A stretch of DNA of 64,000 bases from an uncultured delta proteobacterium (GTDB lineage: Bacteria; Myxococcota_A; UBA9160; SMWR01). The stretch covers positions 288,001 to 352,000 of the forward strand of contig CAWHTE010000007.1 in NCBI GenBank assembly GCA_963832165.1, in the 5' to 3' direction. Each line of letters begins with the position of its first letter. Position 1 is the stretch's first letter. Shown here piece after piece: positions 47,943 through 58,457 of the stretch. Both the position numbers and the translations under genes were made by a program. The notes beneath the pieces were generated by a model. It searched no databases and was not told where the DNA came from. It was given only the letters and a program-made list of their open reading frames with translations.

Positions 47943-49040
47943 ATGACGACACGCAATCGCTCGCGCATGGCGGTGATGCTCGCGGTCGCAGCGCTCTCGT
48001 CGCACGCGGTGCTCGTGCGCGCCGACGCCGCGCCCGACCTGACCTCCGCGGTGAAGGATTGGCTCGCCGAGCTCGGCGACGACCTGCGCGAAACCGCGCT
48101 CTACCCCTTCGAAGACGAGGAGCGCTTCGACCTGCGACTTGCGCCGGTCGGCCTCGAGGGGGTGCGCCGCGACGCGATGAGCGACGCGCAATGGCAGGCA
48201 TGGGTCGGCGCACTCGCCACGACGCTCTCGATGCGCGGCCTCGAGAAGGTGCAGGCGATCATGGGCAACGAGCGCGAGATCGCGCTGCGCGATCGCGAGA
48301 CCTGGCTCGGGTCGCTGTTCGGCGGCTTCGTGCACGGCGAGCAGCGCTATTTCGCCTCGATCTACGGGATGCCGGGCGAGGCCACGCCCTGGGGCCTGCG
48401 CTTCGACGGCCATCACGTCTCGCTGAACTGGACCGTGCCGCGCGCGACCGCCGTGTCGGTGACGCCGCTGTTCCTGGGCGGGGAGCCGCGCGAAGTGCCC
48501 ACGGGCCACGAGCGCGCCGGGCTGCGCGTGCTCGCCGACGAGGAGGACCGCGGACTCGAGCTGTGGACCGCGCTGCGGCCCGAGCAGCGCACCCGAGCGC
48601 AGCTCGAGTTCGAATCCGCGTCGGGGATCGCCGCGATGAACCGCCCGATGTTCCTGGGCGAGGGGCCGCAGATCGCGCGCGCACCGGCGAGCGGGATCGC
48701 ACACGCCGAGCTCGACCCCGCGCAGCAGGCGCTGCTCGACGCGCTGATCGACACCTACTACGCGAATTTCAGCGACGCGATCGCGGCCGAGCGCCGCGCG
48801 GCGATCGACGCGGGCGGGCGCGACGCGATCCACTTCGCGTGGGCCGGCAGCCTCTCGCCCGGCGAGCCGGGCTACTACCGCGTGCAGGGCCCGACCTTCC
48901 TGATCGAGTTCGACAACACGGACGAGGCCGCCGACCACGTGCACGCGATCCTGCGCGAGTACGACGGCGACTTCGGACGCGATCTGCTCGCGGAGCACTA
49001 CGCGCACGACCATGCGCGCGGGTTCGCGGCGCGCCACTAG
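47943..49040 (+). CDS. DUF3500 family secreted protein
   Basis: Signal peptide; WGLRFDGHHVSLN, TPLFLG, FAWAG...YYRVQGPTFLIEFDN and HVH...DFG.DLL.EHY. Confidence 0.85.
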   Translation: MTTRNRSRMAVMLAVAALSSHAVLVRADAAPDLTSAVKDWLAELGDDLRETALYPFEDEERFDLRLAPVGLEGVRRDAMSDAQWQAWVGALATTLSMRGLEKVQAIMGNEREIALRDRETWLGSLFGGFVHGEQRYFASIYGMPGEATPWGLRFDGHHVSLNWTVPRATAVSVTPLFLGGEPREVPTGHERAGLRVLADEEDRGLELWTALRPEQRTRAQLEFESASGIAAMNRPMFLGEGPQIARAPASGIAHAELDPAQQALLDALIDTYYANFSDAIAAERRAAIDAGGRDAIHFAWAGSLSPGEPGYYRVQGPTFLIEFDNTDEAADHVHAILREYDGDFGRDLLAEHYAHDHARGFAARH

Positions 49041-49155
49041 CTCTCCACGGGCGCTCCCGCCTGCACCTCGGTGGCGAACGCCTCGAAGATCACGCTGCAG
49101 TTCCAGCGCCGGCGCGTGTAGCATGCACGCTTCGCTGTGGAGCGAAGGAGAACCC

Positions 49156-50262
49156 ATGCGCGCGGCACTCCTCGAGGAGCAGAACAAACCGCTCTCGCTG
49201 ATCGACGATCTCTCGGTGGCGGAGCCCGGACCGGGCCAGGTGCGTGTCGCGGTGCGGCACTGCGGAATCTGCCACTCGGACCTAGGCATCATCGACGCCG
49301 AGCTCGGTCCGGCGCAGCAGCTCCCCGTGGTGCTCGGACACGAGGCGGCCGGCGAGATCGAGAGCGTCGGGCCAGGCGTCACGAGCCTGGCGTGCGGTGA
49401 CAAAGTCGTGCTCACGCCGTGCCCGCCCTGCGGCGCCTGCTACTGGTGCGTGCGCAACGAGCACGCGCTGTGCGTGAACTCGGACAGCATCCTGACGAGC
49501 GCGTTCGCCGACGGCAGCACCGGTCTCTCGCGGCGCGGCGAGAAGGTCTACCGCGGCGTGGGCGTGGGCGGCTTCGCCGAGCAGGTGATCACCCAGGCCA
49601 CGGGCGCTGTGAAGATCCCGAGCGACGTGCCGACCGAGATCGCGTGTGTGATCGGCTGCGCCGTGCAGACCGGCGTGGGCGCGGCACTCAATACCGCGCG
49701 CGTCGAGGCGGGTGCCACCGTGCTCGTGATGGGCGCGGGAGGGATCGGTCTCTCGATCGTGCAGGGGGCGCGGCTCGCGGGCGCTGCCGTCGTGATCGTC
49801 TCGGACCCGGTGACGGCGCGGCGCGAGGTCGCAGGTCGACTCGGTGCGACGCACCTGATCGATCCGAACCAGGTCGACGTCGTGTCGCGCTGCCGCGAGC
49901 TCACGAATGGGATCGGTGTCGACTACGCGTTCGACGCCGTCGGCGTCGCCGCGCTGCTCCAGGCCGGCATCGCCGCCGCACGCAAGGGCGGCACGATCGT
50001 CGTCGTCGGCGCGGTGCCGATCACGCAGCCCGTGACGATCTCCCCGGTCGCGCTGTTCGGCATCCAGGAGAAGAAGCTCATCGGCTGCATCCTCGGCAGC
50101 TGCAACTCGCAGCGCGACATCCCGCGCTTCCTGGCGCTCTGGCGCGCCGGCAAGCTCGACCTCGAGGCGCTGGTCACCGCGCGCTACCCGCTCGCGCGCA
50201 TCAACGAAGCGCTCGACGAGCTGCGCGCCAAGCGCGGCGTGCGACACATCATCGAGTTCTGA
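49156..50262 (+). CDS. Zn-dependent alcohol dehydrogenase
   Basis: GICHSD, GHEAAG, CGACYWC structural Zn, GCAVQTG and GAGGIG. AAGGAG RBS. Confidence 0.93.
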   Translation: MRAALLEEQNKPLSLIDDLSVAEPGPGQVRVAVRHCGICHSDLGIIDAELGPAQQLPVVLGHEAAGEIESVGPGVTSLACGDKVVLTPCPPCGACYWCVRNEHALCVNSDSILTSAFADGSTGLSRRGEKVYRGVGVGGFAEQVITQATGAVKIPSDVPTEIACVIGCAVQTGVGAALNTARVEAGATVLVMGAGGIGLSIVQGARLAGAAVVIVSDPVTARREVAGRLGATHLIDPNQVDVVSRCRELTNGIGVDYAFDAVGVAALLQAGIAAARKGGTIVVVGAVPITQPVTISPVALFGIQEKKLIGCILGSCNSQRDIPRFLALWRAGKLDLEALVTARYPLARINEALDELRAKRGVRHIIEF

Positions 50263-51864
50263 TCAAACGGGCGCGTGGCGCGCGACGTCGTAGCGCCGGA
50301 AGGCGTTTGCGACCGCGAACGTGCCGCCCGCGCACGCGGAGAGCAGGCAGAACAGCGGTACCCCGACCGCCGCGACGCGCGAGCCCGTGACCTCGAGCGC
50401 GGCCCCGCCGACCGCGAGCGTGGCGCCCAGGATCATCGTGAGCACCGCGAACTTGAACAGTGCGGTCGCGAACGTGCGACCCACGAATGCGACGTCGCCG
50501 GGATCCTCGGGCACGGTGCGGTACGGCATCCACAGGAACAAGAGGTTGTCGATGCACAGCGCCACCCAGCTCACCACGGGCATCAGGCCTAGCACGAGCA
50601 GCGTGATCCCGGGCGTGATCGCCGACGTCGTCACGGCGAGCGTGAGCACACCGATCACCTGCACGGTGGTGGCGAAGAGAGCCGCTGGGAGGATCTGTCC
50701 CGTCGCGAGCGCGAGCGGCGAGATCGGCCAGCTCTTGAGCTGGCCCATGCGGTCGAGGTCGCGGCGGAAGTCGCACGCGAGGTTGTCACCCATCAAGAGC
50801 GGCAGGAACGTCACGAGGAAGATCCCGGTGCGGCCCATGCGCACGATCAGCAGCGGATCGCCGCCGCGCAGATAGGGAATGAAGATCGCGGCGGCGCTCA
50901 CGAGGCCCACGATCGAGAGCAGCAGCAACACGCCGCGCGGGTTGCGCACGAGCTCCTGGATCTGCCGCCACGCAACGGGCCCCGCACCCGCGAGGTACGG
51001 GAACATCGGCACGCGCCGCGCCGTCGACTCGGACGCGCCGAACGCGCCGCCGCCCCCGCGCATGCGCTGGAAGCGCAGCGCGCGTCGCTCGCTGTGCTGG
51101 ATCGCGGCCTCGCGGTAGGGCACCTCGAGGCGACAGATGTGCACGATCATCACCGCGAGCACGCCGAGCGACAGGCCCGTGGTGAGCATCCAGTCGAGCG
51201 CGGTCGGCGCCGCGGCCGTGGCGAGGAAGGGCCGCGCGGGGGCACCGATCACGCGCAGCGAAATCGACGTGCGGAAGAAGTCGGGCAGCGAGAGGTCGCG
51301 GCGCGCGCTGAACTCGTACGCCACTGCGGAGAGCGGCACGACCGCGAAAGCCACCGCGATCAGCCGGCGCCGCGCGGGCGCCACGTGCAGCGCGAGCCAC
51401 GCGCGCACCACGGCCAGCCATTGCCCCGAGATCTGCAGCAGCAGGAACACGAGCGTGTAGCCCGTGAACGCCTGCCACCAGCCCGCGCCACGCCATGTCG
51501 GGAGCAGCGACAGGAAGAGACCGGACAAGAACGCGGTGCGCGCGCGCAGCGCCACGTTGTAGAGCACGAGCGCGGTGCGCGAGAGCGGTGCCGTGAGCAG
51601 CCAATCGACGTCGGAGGGACGGAAATAGAGCCCGAGCGGCGAGAATGCGCCGAGCATCACGAGCCCCATCACGCTCGGCGCGCCATAGGTGTTCACGTTG
51701 CGCGCGAAGCCCGGCGAGCTCTGCGTCGTGAATCCGACCGCGGCGCAGAACAGCGCGAGGCCCGAGAGCGCGAGCGCGCCGCGCGGCTGGCGCAGGCGCG
51801 CGAGCAGACTCCGGGCGACGTTGCGCGAGTCGCTCCACCAGAGCCATACGAGCGGGTGACTCAT
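50263..51864 (-). CDS. Putative ABC exporter membrane subunit
   Basis: Multi-TM; F.PSDVDWL.TAP and DFRRDLDRM..LK.WP motifs. Start overlaps the ATPase stop. Confidence 0.78.
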   Translation of the reverse strand: MSHPLVWLWWSDSRNVARSLLARLRQPRGALALSGLALFCAAVGFTTQSSPGFARNVNTYGAPSVMGLVMLGAFSPLGLYFRPSDVDWLLTAPLSRTALVLYNVALRARTAFLSGLFLSLLPTWRGAGWWQAFTGYTLVFLLLQISGQWLAVVRAWLALHVAPARRRLIAVAFAVVPLSAVAYEFSARRDLSLPDFFRTSISLRVIGAPARPFLATAAAPTALDWMLTTGLSLGVLAVMIVHICRLEVPYREAAIQHSERRALRFQRMRGGGGAFGASESTARRVPMFPYLAGAGPVAWRQIQELVRNPRGVLLLLSIVGLVSAAAIFIPYLRGGDPLLIVRMGRTGIFLVTFLPLLMGDNLACDFRRDLDRMGQLKSWPISPLALATGQILPAALFATTVQVIGVLTLAVTTSAITPGITLLVLGLMPVVSWVALCIDNLLFLWMPYRTVPEDPGDVAFVGRTFATALFKFAVLTMILGATLAVGGAALEVTGSRVAAVGVPLFCLLSACAGGTFAVANAFRRYDVARHAPV

Positions 51865-52610
51865 CGCCGCCCTGCCGCAGCCTCGGCCTCCGCTTCGGTG
51901 GCGCCGAAGAAGATCTCCTCGAGGCTCGCGTCGTGGTGCATCGCGGGCAGCTCCGCCGCGATCTCCGCCTTCGAGCCGTGGAACAGCTTCGTGCCCTCGC
52001 GCAGGATCAGGAAGCGCGTGCAGTGCGGCTCGATCTGCCCGAGCAGGTGGCTGCTCATCACCACGGCGCGCCCCGATCCCGCGTGCCGGCGCAGCGTCGC
52101 GAACAGCGTGCGGATCCCGCGCGGGTCGAGGCCGACCAGCGGCTCGTCGAGCATGAGCAGGCTCGGCGCGTGGATCAGCGCCGACGCAACCGCGACCTTC
52201 TGGCGCATTCCGCGCGAGAGCGCCTCGGCGAGCGTGTCGCGGCGCGGGGCCAGCTCGAGCTCTTCGAGCAGCTCGCGCGCGAGCGGCTCCCAGCCCGATA
52301 CGTCGTAGAGCCGCGCCGCGAGCTCGAGGTGCTCCCACACCGAGAGCCGCGCGAACAGATGCGGCTCGTCGGGCACGAGCGCGAGCCGCCGCTTGGCCGC
52401 GAGCGGATCTGCCGCGAGCTCGACGCCGTCGACGGTGACCCCGCCCTCGTCGGGCGAGAGGATTCCGGCGACGCAGCGCAGCGTGGTGGTCTTGCCCGCG
52501 CCGTTCGGGCCGACCAGGCCCAGGATCTCACCCGCGCGGACCTGGAAGGCAAGCCCGTTGACCGCGACGCGATCGCCGAAGCGCTTGGTGAGCTCTCGCA
52601 CCTCGAGCAT
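51861..52610 (-). CDS. ABC transporter ATP-binding protein
   Basis: GPNGAGKTT, LSRGMRQK, LDEP and SSH. Confidence 0.93.
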   Translation of the reverse strand: MLEVRELTKRFGDRVAVNGLAFQVRAGEILGLVGPNGAGKTTTLRCVAGILSPDEGGVTVDGVELAADPLAAKRRLALVPDEPHLFARLSVWEHLELAARLYDVSGWEPLARELLEELELAPRRDTLAEALSRGMRQKVAVASALIHAPSLLMLDEPLVGLDPRGIRTLFATLRRHAGSGRAVVMSSHLLGQIEPHCTRFLILREGTKLFHGSKAEIAAELPAMHHDASLEEIFFGATEAEAEAAAGRR

Positions 52611-52654
52611 GGCTGCTCACCATAGCCGAGCCAGACGATGGTTCGGCCGTCGAG

Positions 52655-53419
52655 CTACGCAGCGACCTGCGCGGCCGCGGCGCGGCTGCGCGAGCGCGAC
52701 GCGTCGTGCAGCGGCCGGCTCTGCTCGTAATAGGTGGGGCGCTCGAGGCGGAGCCGCGCGCGCACCTCGTCGATCGGCAGTGCCAGCAGCGCCTGCCAGT
52801 CCTGCGCGATCATCCACTCTGCGCGGCGCCCGATCCGGAAGCCCTGCAGCACCGCGCGCACCGACGGCGCGCCCGGGTATTCGAACGGCACCTGGAAGAG
52901 GCCGAGCAGCGCGATGAACGCAACGCCCGGGGTGCGGATCTGGCTGTACAGCACGCCGAGCAGGCACAGCTCGCCGAGCGGATCGCGGCCATAGCCGGTC
53001 AGGACGTGCCAGAGGTCGTGGCTGTCGCGCGCCAGGTCTCCGAACGTGCGCGCGTCCGGGTCCGCGTTCCGCTGCTGGTATCCCTCGTCGGACGCCTCGG
53101 CGAGCCCGTCGGCGGTCAGACCCTCGCGCTCCATGAAGGCGAGGTAGACGCGGCCCAGCGAGCCTTCGGGCAGCGCGCGCAGGTGTTCGCGGTTCGCGAG
53201 CACGTCGAGCAGGCTGCGCCGCTCGGCCAGGATCTCGCGGCCGATTTCGGACTGGCGCATGCGCTCGACGTTGCGGATCTCCGAGTTGCCGCGCAGCGCG
53301 TCGACGATCCGGAACACCTGGGTGGTGTCGTCGTTGTCGAGCGCGAGCCGCCACAGCGCGCGGAACGCGGCGCCGAGGCGGATCGGGTTCTTCTGCTGCT
53401 GCGGATGAGAAGTGGTCAT
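52655..53419 (-). CDS. Coq4-family protein
   Basis: LPEGSLG and metal motif HDLWH-x11-E (HDLWHVLTGYGRDPLGE). AGGAG RBS. Confidence 0.88.
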   Translation of the reverse strand: MTTSHPQQQKNPIRLGAAFRALWRLALDNDDTTQVFRIVDALRGNSEIRNVERMRQSEIGREILAERRSLLDVLANREHLRALPEGSLGRVYLAFMEREGLTADGLAEASDEGYQQRNADPDARTFGDLARDSHDLWHVLTGYGRDPLGELCLLGVLYSQIRTPGVAFIALLGLFQVPFEYPGAPSVRAVLQGFRIGRRAEWMIAQDWQALLALPIDEVRARLRLERPTYYEQSRPLHDASRSRSRAAAAQVAA

Positions 53420-53481
53420 CTTCGTTTCTCCTGTCGAATCCCTACCGACGCCCTGCCATGGGAATTCAGTGGTTTCGAGCG

Positions 53482-53507
53482 TGTAACTTACAAGAGCGTA
53501 ACTTACA
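53482..53507. promoter_or_regulatory. Tandem palindromic operator between divergent coq4 and tetR
   Basis: GTAACTTACA at 53483-92 and 53498-507; TGTAA-C-TTACA is itself palindromic. Confidence 0.7.
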
Positions 53508-53530
53508 GAGCTGAAATATCCTCGTCAACG

Positions 53531-54163
53531 GTGCCCGCTCAAAAAAATCCCCGCCTGCCGCGCGCGGAGCGCCGCCAGCAGCTCCTGGAGGTTTCCCGCG
53601 GGGTCTTTGCGGAGCGCGGCTTCGATGCCGCCACGCTCGAGGAGATCGCGGAGCGCGCCGGGGTGTCGCGGCCGATCGTGTACGGCCACTTCGGCGACAA
53701 GCAGCGACTGTTCGAGGAGGTCGTGACCGCCGAGATCGACCGCGTGCAGCTGGCGGTCGGCAGCGCGATCGCGGCGCCGGGCCAACCGCGTGCGGTGCTC
53801 GAGCGCGGACTGCGCGCGTTCTTCGCCTACGTGCGCGAGCACCCGGAGGGCCATGCCGTGCTCACGCGCGATGCGCCGGTTCACGTCTCCGATGTCGGTC
53901 TCGGCGTGATGCTCGACGACCTCGCCGCGCGGATCAGCGACGCGATCGCGCGCGCGATCCGCACGCTCGGCCTCGACCCCGCGCCCGCGCCGATCTACGC
54001 GAACGCGCTGATCGGGCTCGGCGCGCACGTGGGCCGCTGGTGGCGCGACCACCCCGAGGTGTCGCTCGACACGATCACGACCCACACCACGACGCTGCTC
54101 TGGAGCGGCTTCGGCGGGATGATCAACGACCCGGACGTCCGGGCGCTCTTGCTGCCCAACTAG
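53531..54163 (+). CDS. TetR/AcrR family regulator
   Basis: RLPRAERRQQLL...VFAERGF...LEEIA.RAGVSRPIVY.HFGDK. Confidence 0.92.
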   Translation: MPAQKNPRLPRAERRQQLLEVSRGVFAERGFDAATLEEIAERAGVSRPIVYGHFGDKQRLFEEVVTAEIDRVQLAVGSAIAAPGQPRAVLERGLRAFFAYVREHPEGHAVLTRDAPVHVSDVGLGVMLDDLAARISDAIARAIRTLGLDPAPAPIYANALIGLGAHVGRWWRDHPEVSLDTITTHTTTLLWSGFGGMINDPDVRALLLPN

Positions 54164-54171
54164 AGACCGAG

Positions 54172-56463
54172 CTAGGCGGTCGGCCGCTCCGAAGCGATCC
54201 GCACGCCGTTGCCGAGCAGCAGCGCCGGCAGCAGCGTGAGGTCGGCGAGCAGCGCCACGCCGACGGTCGCCGCGGTGAGCAGACCGAAATTGCGCGTCAC
54301 CGCGAAATCGGAGAGCCCGAGCACGCCGAAGCCGATCGCGATCGTGAGCGTCGTGAGCAACATCGGTGCCAGCACGCGCCGGAACGTGTCCACGAGCGCT
54401 CGCTTCGGATCCACGCGGTGCTCGGGGTGCTCGGTGAATCCCGAGAGCAGATGGATCGTGTCGTCCACTGCGATGCCGAGCGCGAGGCAGCCCACCACCA
54501 CGGTCGCCGCGTCGAGCGGGATTCCCGCGAGGCCCATGAAGCCGAACGTGAGCACGAGCGGAACCGCGTCGGGCACCATCGCGAGTGCCGCGACGCGCAG
54601 CGAGCGGAAGATCACGAGCGCGAGCGCTCCGGCCACGAGCAGCGACGCGGCGAGCCCGCGGATCTGGCCCAGCGCGATCTCGTCCTCCGCGCGCGCGAAC
54701 TCGAACATGATCCCCGTCGTGCGCGCGCTCGTGCCGGGCGGTCCGTGCTCGCGCCACCAGCCCTCGGCGCTGCGCGCGACGTCGAGCAGATTGTCGGAGC
54801 TGTTGTCGTCGACGCGCAGCAGCACGTTCGCGCTCGCGTGGTCTTCGCGCAGCACGTCGGAGATCCGGTCGACCGACGCGAGCAGGAGCAGGTATTGCTC
54901 GATCAGTGCGGTGTCCTGCGGAACGCCCGCATCCGGAACACCCGCGAACGCGGCGTGGATCTGGCGCAGCGGATCCGCGATCGAGATCACCTTGCCCACG
55001 TCGCTGCGCCCCGCGAGCGCACCCGCGAGCCCGTCGATCGCCTCGATCGCCCGCGGCTCCGCGAGCGAGGCGCCGTCCTCCGAAGTGATGACGACGTTCA
55101 TCGGGCTGATTCCGGAGAGCCGCTCCCGGATCGCCTCGTACGAGTCGCGCACCTCGCTGCCGCGCGGGAACCAGCGCGTCGCGTCGGTCTCGACCGAGAT
55201 GCGCGGAAGTCCGAGCCCGAGCACGGCGATGCCGACCCCCCAGGTCGCGAGTACCGCGCGGCGGCGCCGCGCCACGAACCCGACGAGCGCGAGCGCCCAG
55301 CGCTCGCCGATCGCCCGGTGCAGCCGCGGCTCGGGTGCATCGAGCGGCAACAGAGAGAGCGCCGCGGGCACTACGGTGAGCGCGGCGGCTGCGACGGCGA
55401 ACGTTCCGACCGCGCCGAACACGCCGAGATCGCGGATCGCCTCGATCCGGACCAGCGCGACGCCGAGGAAGCCGATCGCCGTGGTGAGCCCCGACAGCGC
55501 GACGGGCCGAGCCACCTCGCGCATGTGTTCCGCGAGCTCCGCGCGCGATCGGCAGCCGCCCGTCGCCGCGAGCACGTGGATCGTGTACGCGCTGCCGAGC
55601 GCGAGCAGGAGCGGTGGCAGGATGATGGTCGAGAACGTGAGCGGCGTGTGCGTCGCGCCCATCGCGCCTAGCATCAAGAGCGTGCCGAGCCCGCTCGCCG
55701 CGAGCGACACCGCGACCGAGCGGCGCGAGCGGAACGCGGCGTAGAGCAGCGCTCCCACCGCCGCGATCGTGAGCGGCACGAAGAACAGGATCTCGCTCTC
55801 GCTCTGCCGGTTCGACTCGGTGCGGAAGATCGGCACGCCCGAGACCCATGCGGGCCCACCCGCGATCGCGGCGCGCACGCGGTCGATGATCGCCTCGATC
55901 TCGTGACCGAGGTCGCCTTCGAGCAGGAGGTTGATCGCCATCACGCGCCCGTCGGTCGAGACGAGGCTGCGCGGGGCCAGACGATCGCGCGCGAGCAGCT
56001 CGGGCACGATCGCGAGCGCGAGATCGTCGGGCTGCGCCGCCTCGGGCACGGACGGGTCGAGGTGCAGATCGCCGTCCGCATCGGTGCGGATCACGGGAAC
56101 CGTGGCGAGGCTGTCGACGCGGCGCACACCGTGCACGCGCGCGAGCTCTGCCGACAGCGCGGCGACACGCGCGAGCAGCGCGGGATCCCACGGCCGCTCG
56201 CTCTCGAGCGCGACCACGAGGATCTCGTCGCCGCCGTACATCGCGATGCTGTCGCGGTAGAAGCTCCAGGCCGGACCTTCCTGCGCGAGGATGCTCTCCG
56301 TGGTGGGATCGAACTCGAGCTGCGCGATGCCCGCGCTCGCGAGCGCGCACAAGAAGAGCCAGGCGCCGAGGACGGTGCGCGCGCGTTCGGTGCTCTGCCG
56401 GACCAACCACCCGAGCACAGGACTCGCGCGGCGGCCGCTGCGCGGTGCGGACGGAATACTCAC
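54172..56463 (-). CDS. MMPL/RND family transporter
   Basis: Two TM+periplasmic repeats; SGLTTAIGF and GIAVDDTIH motifs. Confidence 0.88.
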   Translation of the reverse strand: MSIPSAPRSGRRASPVLGWLVRQSTERARTVLGAWLFLCALASAGIAQLEFDPTTESILAQEGPAWSFYRDSIAMYGGDEILVVALESERPWDPALLARVAALSAELARVHGVRRVDSLATVPVIRTDADGDLHLDPSVPEAAQPDDLALAIVPELLARDRLAPRSLVSTDGRVMAINLLLEGDLGHEIEAIIDRVRAAIAGGPAWVSGVPIFRTESNRQSESEILFFVPLTIAAVGALLYAAFRSRRSVAVSLAASGLGTLLMLGAMGATHTPLTFSTIILPPLLLALGSAYTIHVLAATGGCRSRAELAEHMREVARPVALSGLTTAIGFLGVALVRIEAIRDLGVFGAVGTFAVAAAALTVVPAALSLLPLDAPEPRLHRAIGERWALALVGFVARRRRAVLATWGVGIAVLGLGLPRISVETDATRWFPRGSEVRDSYEAIRERLSGISPMNVVITSEDGASLAEPRAIEAIDGLAGALAGRSDVGKVISIADPLRQIHAAFAGVPDAGVPQDTALIEQYLLLLASVDRISDVLREDHASANVLLRVDDNSSDNLLDVARSAEGWWREHGPPGTSARTTGIMFEFARAEDEIALGQIRGLAASLLVAGALALVIFRSLRVAALAMVPDAVPLVLTFGFMGLAGIPLDAATVVVGCLALGIAVDDTIHLLSGFTEHPEHRVDPKRALVDTFRRVLAPMLLTTLTIAIGFGVLGLSDFAVTRNFGLLTAATVGVALLADLTLLPALLLGNGVRIASERPTA

Positions 56464-56488
56464 CCCGCGCGGATGCTAGCTGCTGGGA

Positions 56489-57976
56489 TCAGCCTCGCAG
56501 CTCGCGCTTGAGGATCTTGCCAGTGGGGCCCTTCGGCAGGCTCTCCGCGAAGACCACGATGCGCGGGTATTTGTAGGCGGCGAGCCGCTCCCGGCAGTAG
56601 GTGATCACCTCCTCGGCGCCGAGCTTCGGGTCGCGCGAGACGATCACGGCCTTCACCTCTTCACCGTGGCTCTCGTGCGGCACTCCGATCACCGCGGCTT
56701 CGACGATCGCGGGGTGCGCGTAGAGCACCTCCTCGATCTCGCGCGGGTACACGTTGAAGCCGCCGCGGATGATCATGTCCTTCACGCGGTCGACGATCCG
56801 ATAGGAGCCGTTCGCGTCGCGGATCCCGACGTCGCCCGAGTGGAACCAGCCGCCGCGCAGCGCCTCGCGCGTAGCGTCGGCGCGGCCCAGGTAGCCCTTC
56901 ATGATGTTGTGGCCGCGAATGCAGATCTCGCCGCGCTCGCCGTCGGGCAACGGCTGATCCTTCTCGTCGAGGATCGCCATCTCGACGCCCCACACCGGAT
57001 ATCCGATCGAGCCGGCCGCGCGCGGGCGGCCCGGCGCGTTGAAGCACGCGACGGGCGAAGTCTCCGAGAGCCCGTAGCCCTCGTAGATCTCGACGCCGAA
57101 CTTCGCCTCGAACGCATTCATCACCTCGACCGGCATCGCCGCGCCGCCCGAGACGCACAGGCGAAGCGCGGAGAGATCGCGCGCGGGGCCCTCGTGGTTG
57201 AGCAGCGCGAAGTACATCGTCGGAACACCCGCGAACAGCGTGACGCGGTCGCGCTCCATGATCGCGAACGCATCGTCGGCCGTGAAACGCGGGAGCAGGC
57301 TGAAGCTGCCGCCCGCAGCGATCGTCGCGTTCTGGATGCAGGTCTGCCCGAACGAGTGGAACAGCGGCAGCGTCGCGAGCGCGACGTCGTCGTGACTGGC
57401 CGGCAGGAGCTTCGGCAGCACCACCGCGCAGTTGATGTAGAGGTTCGAGTGGGTGAGCTCGGCACCCTTGGGCTTGCCCGTGGTGCCCGAGGTGTAGAGG
57501 ATCACCGCGGTGTCGGTGGGGAGCGTCGGGTGGAGTGCGTCGAGCGGTGGCGCCGACGCGAGCGACGCGACGGTGTCGGCACCGTCGCCGGCCGCCCACA
57601 CCACGGGGACTCCCGCGGCCGCCGCCCCCGCCTTCGCGGGCGCCTCGAACAGCGGATGCGCGAACAACAGCCGCGCGCGCGAATCCTCGAGGTGGTACTG
57701 CACCTCGGGCGCCGTGAGCAGCACGTTGAGCGGAACCACCGTGCAGCCCGCGTAGAGGATCCCGTAGTAGACCTGCGTGAACTCGGGCAGGTTCGGGATC
57801 AGGATCGCGACCGAGGAGCCGGGCTCGATGCCGCGCGCGCGCAGGCTCGTGGCGATGCCGCGCGCGGCGCGGTCGAGCTCGGCGTAGGTGAGCGCGTGCT
57901 CGCCGAGGCGCACCGCGACCCGGTCGGGTGAGAGCGCCGTGGTCGCCTGGAGGATCGAGCCGAGGTTCAGGTGCAT
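56489..57976 (-). CDS. Long-chain fatty acid--CoA ligase
   Basis: YTSGTTGKPKG, EGYGLSE, SGD.G, DR.KD.IIRGG and LPK..TGKI. Confidence 0.93.
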   Translation of the reverse strand: MHLNLGSILQATTALSPDRVAVRLGEHALTYAELDRAARGIATSLRARGIEPGSSVAILIPNLPEFTQVYYGILYAGCTVVPLNVLLTAPEVQYHLEDSRARLLFAHPLFEAPAKAGAAAAGVPVVWAAGDGADTVASLASAPPLDALHPTLPTDTAVILYTSGTTGKPKGAELTHSNLYINCAVVLPKLLPASHDDVALATLPLFHSFGQTCIQNATIAAGGSFSLLPRFTADDAFAIMERDRVTLFAGVPTMYFALLNHEGPARDLSALRLCVSGGAAMPVEVMNAFEAKFGVEIYEGYGLSETSPVACFNAPGRPRAAGSIGYPVWGVEMAILDEKDQPLPDGERGEICIRGHNIMKGYLGRADATREALRGGWFHSGDVGIRDANGSYRIVDRVKDMIIRGGFNVYPREIEEVLYAHPAIVEAAVIGVPHESHGEEVKAVIVSRDPKLGAEEVITYCRERLAAYKYPRIVVFAESLPKGPTGKILKRELRG

Positions 57977-57986
57977 GGTCCCTCCG

Positions 57987-58457
57987 TCATTGCTGCGCGC
58001 GCAGCAGCATCCCCACCCAGACGCCGATCGCCGTGACGAACGCGAGCACGCCGGTCCAGCCCGCGATCCGACCCGCTCGCCGATGCTGCTCGCGTCCGGG
58101 CAGGGCGCCTGGGCCGGGCGGGATCGACCAGGTCGGGCGCAACCGGTCCTGGAAGCGCAGTGCGCGGTAGAGCGCATAGCCGCCCGCGACGAGCATCCCC
58201 GCGATGCACATCTCGTGGGTGTAGAGGATCGCGAAATCGAGCCCGGTCCAGGCGCTGCGGTCCTCCCGGCCGAGCCAGGCGACTTTCGCGAGATAGGACA
58301 CGAGGAAGAGCGCGACGAGCGCGCTCGACACGAGCATCATGCGGCGGTGCGTGCGCACGTCGCCGCGCCGGACTGCGCGGATGCCGCGCGTGCCGCACGC
58401 GACGATCACGCCCAGATTGGCGAGTGCGGCGCTCCAGTAGAGGAGATTGGGCGTCAC
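57987..58457 (-). CDS. DUF420-like membrane protein
   Basis: Four TMs with HRRMM, FLVSY, YTHE and HRRAG His motifs. Confidence 0.75.
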   Translation of the reverse strand: MTPNLLYWSAALANLGVIVACGTRGIRAVRRGDVRTHRRMMLVSSALVALFLVSYLAKVAWLGREDRSAWTGLDFAILYTHEMCIAGMLVAGGYALYRALRFQDRLRPTWSIPPGPGALPGREQHRRAGRIAGWTGVLAFVTAIGVWVGMLLRAQQ

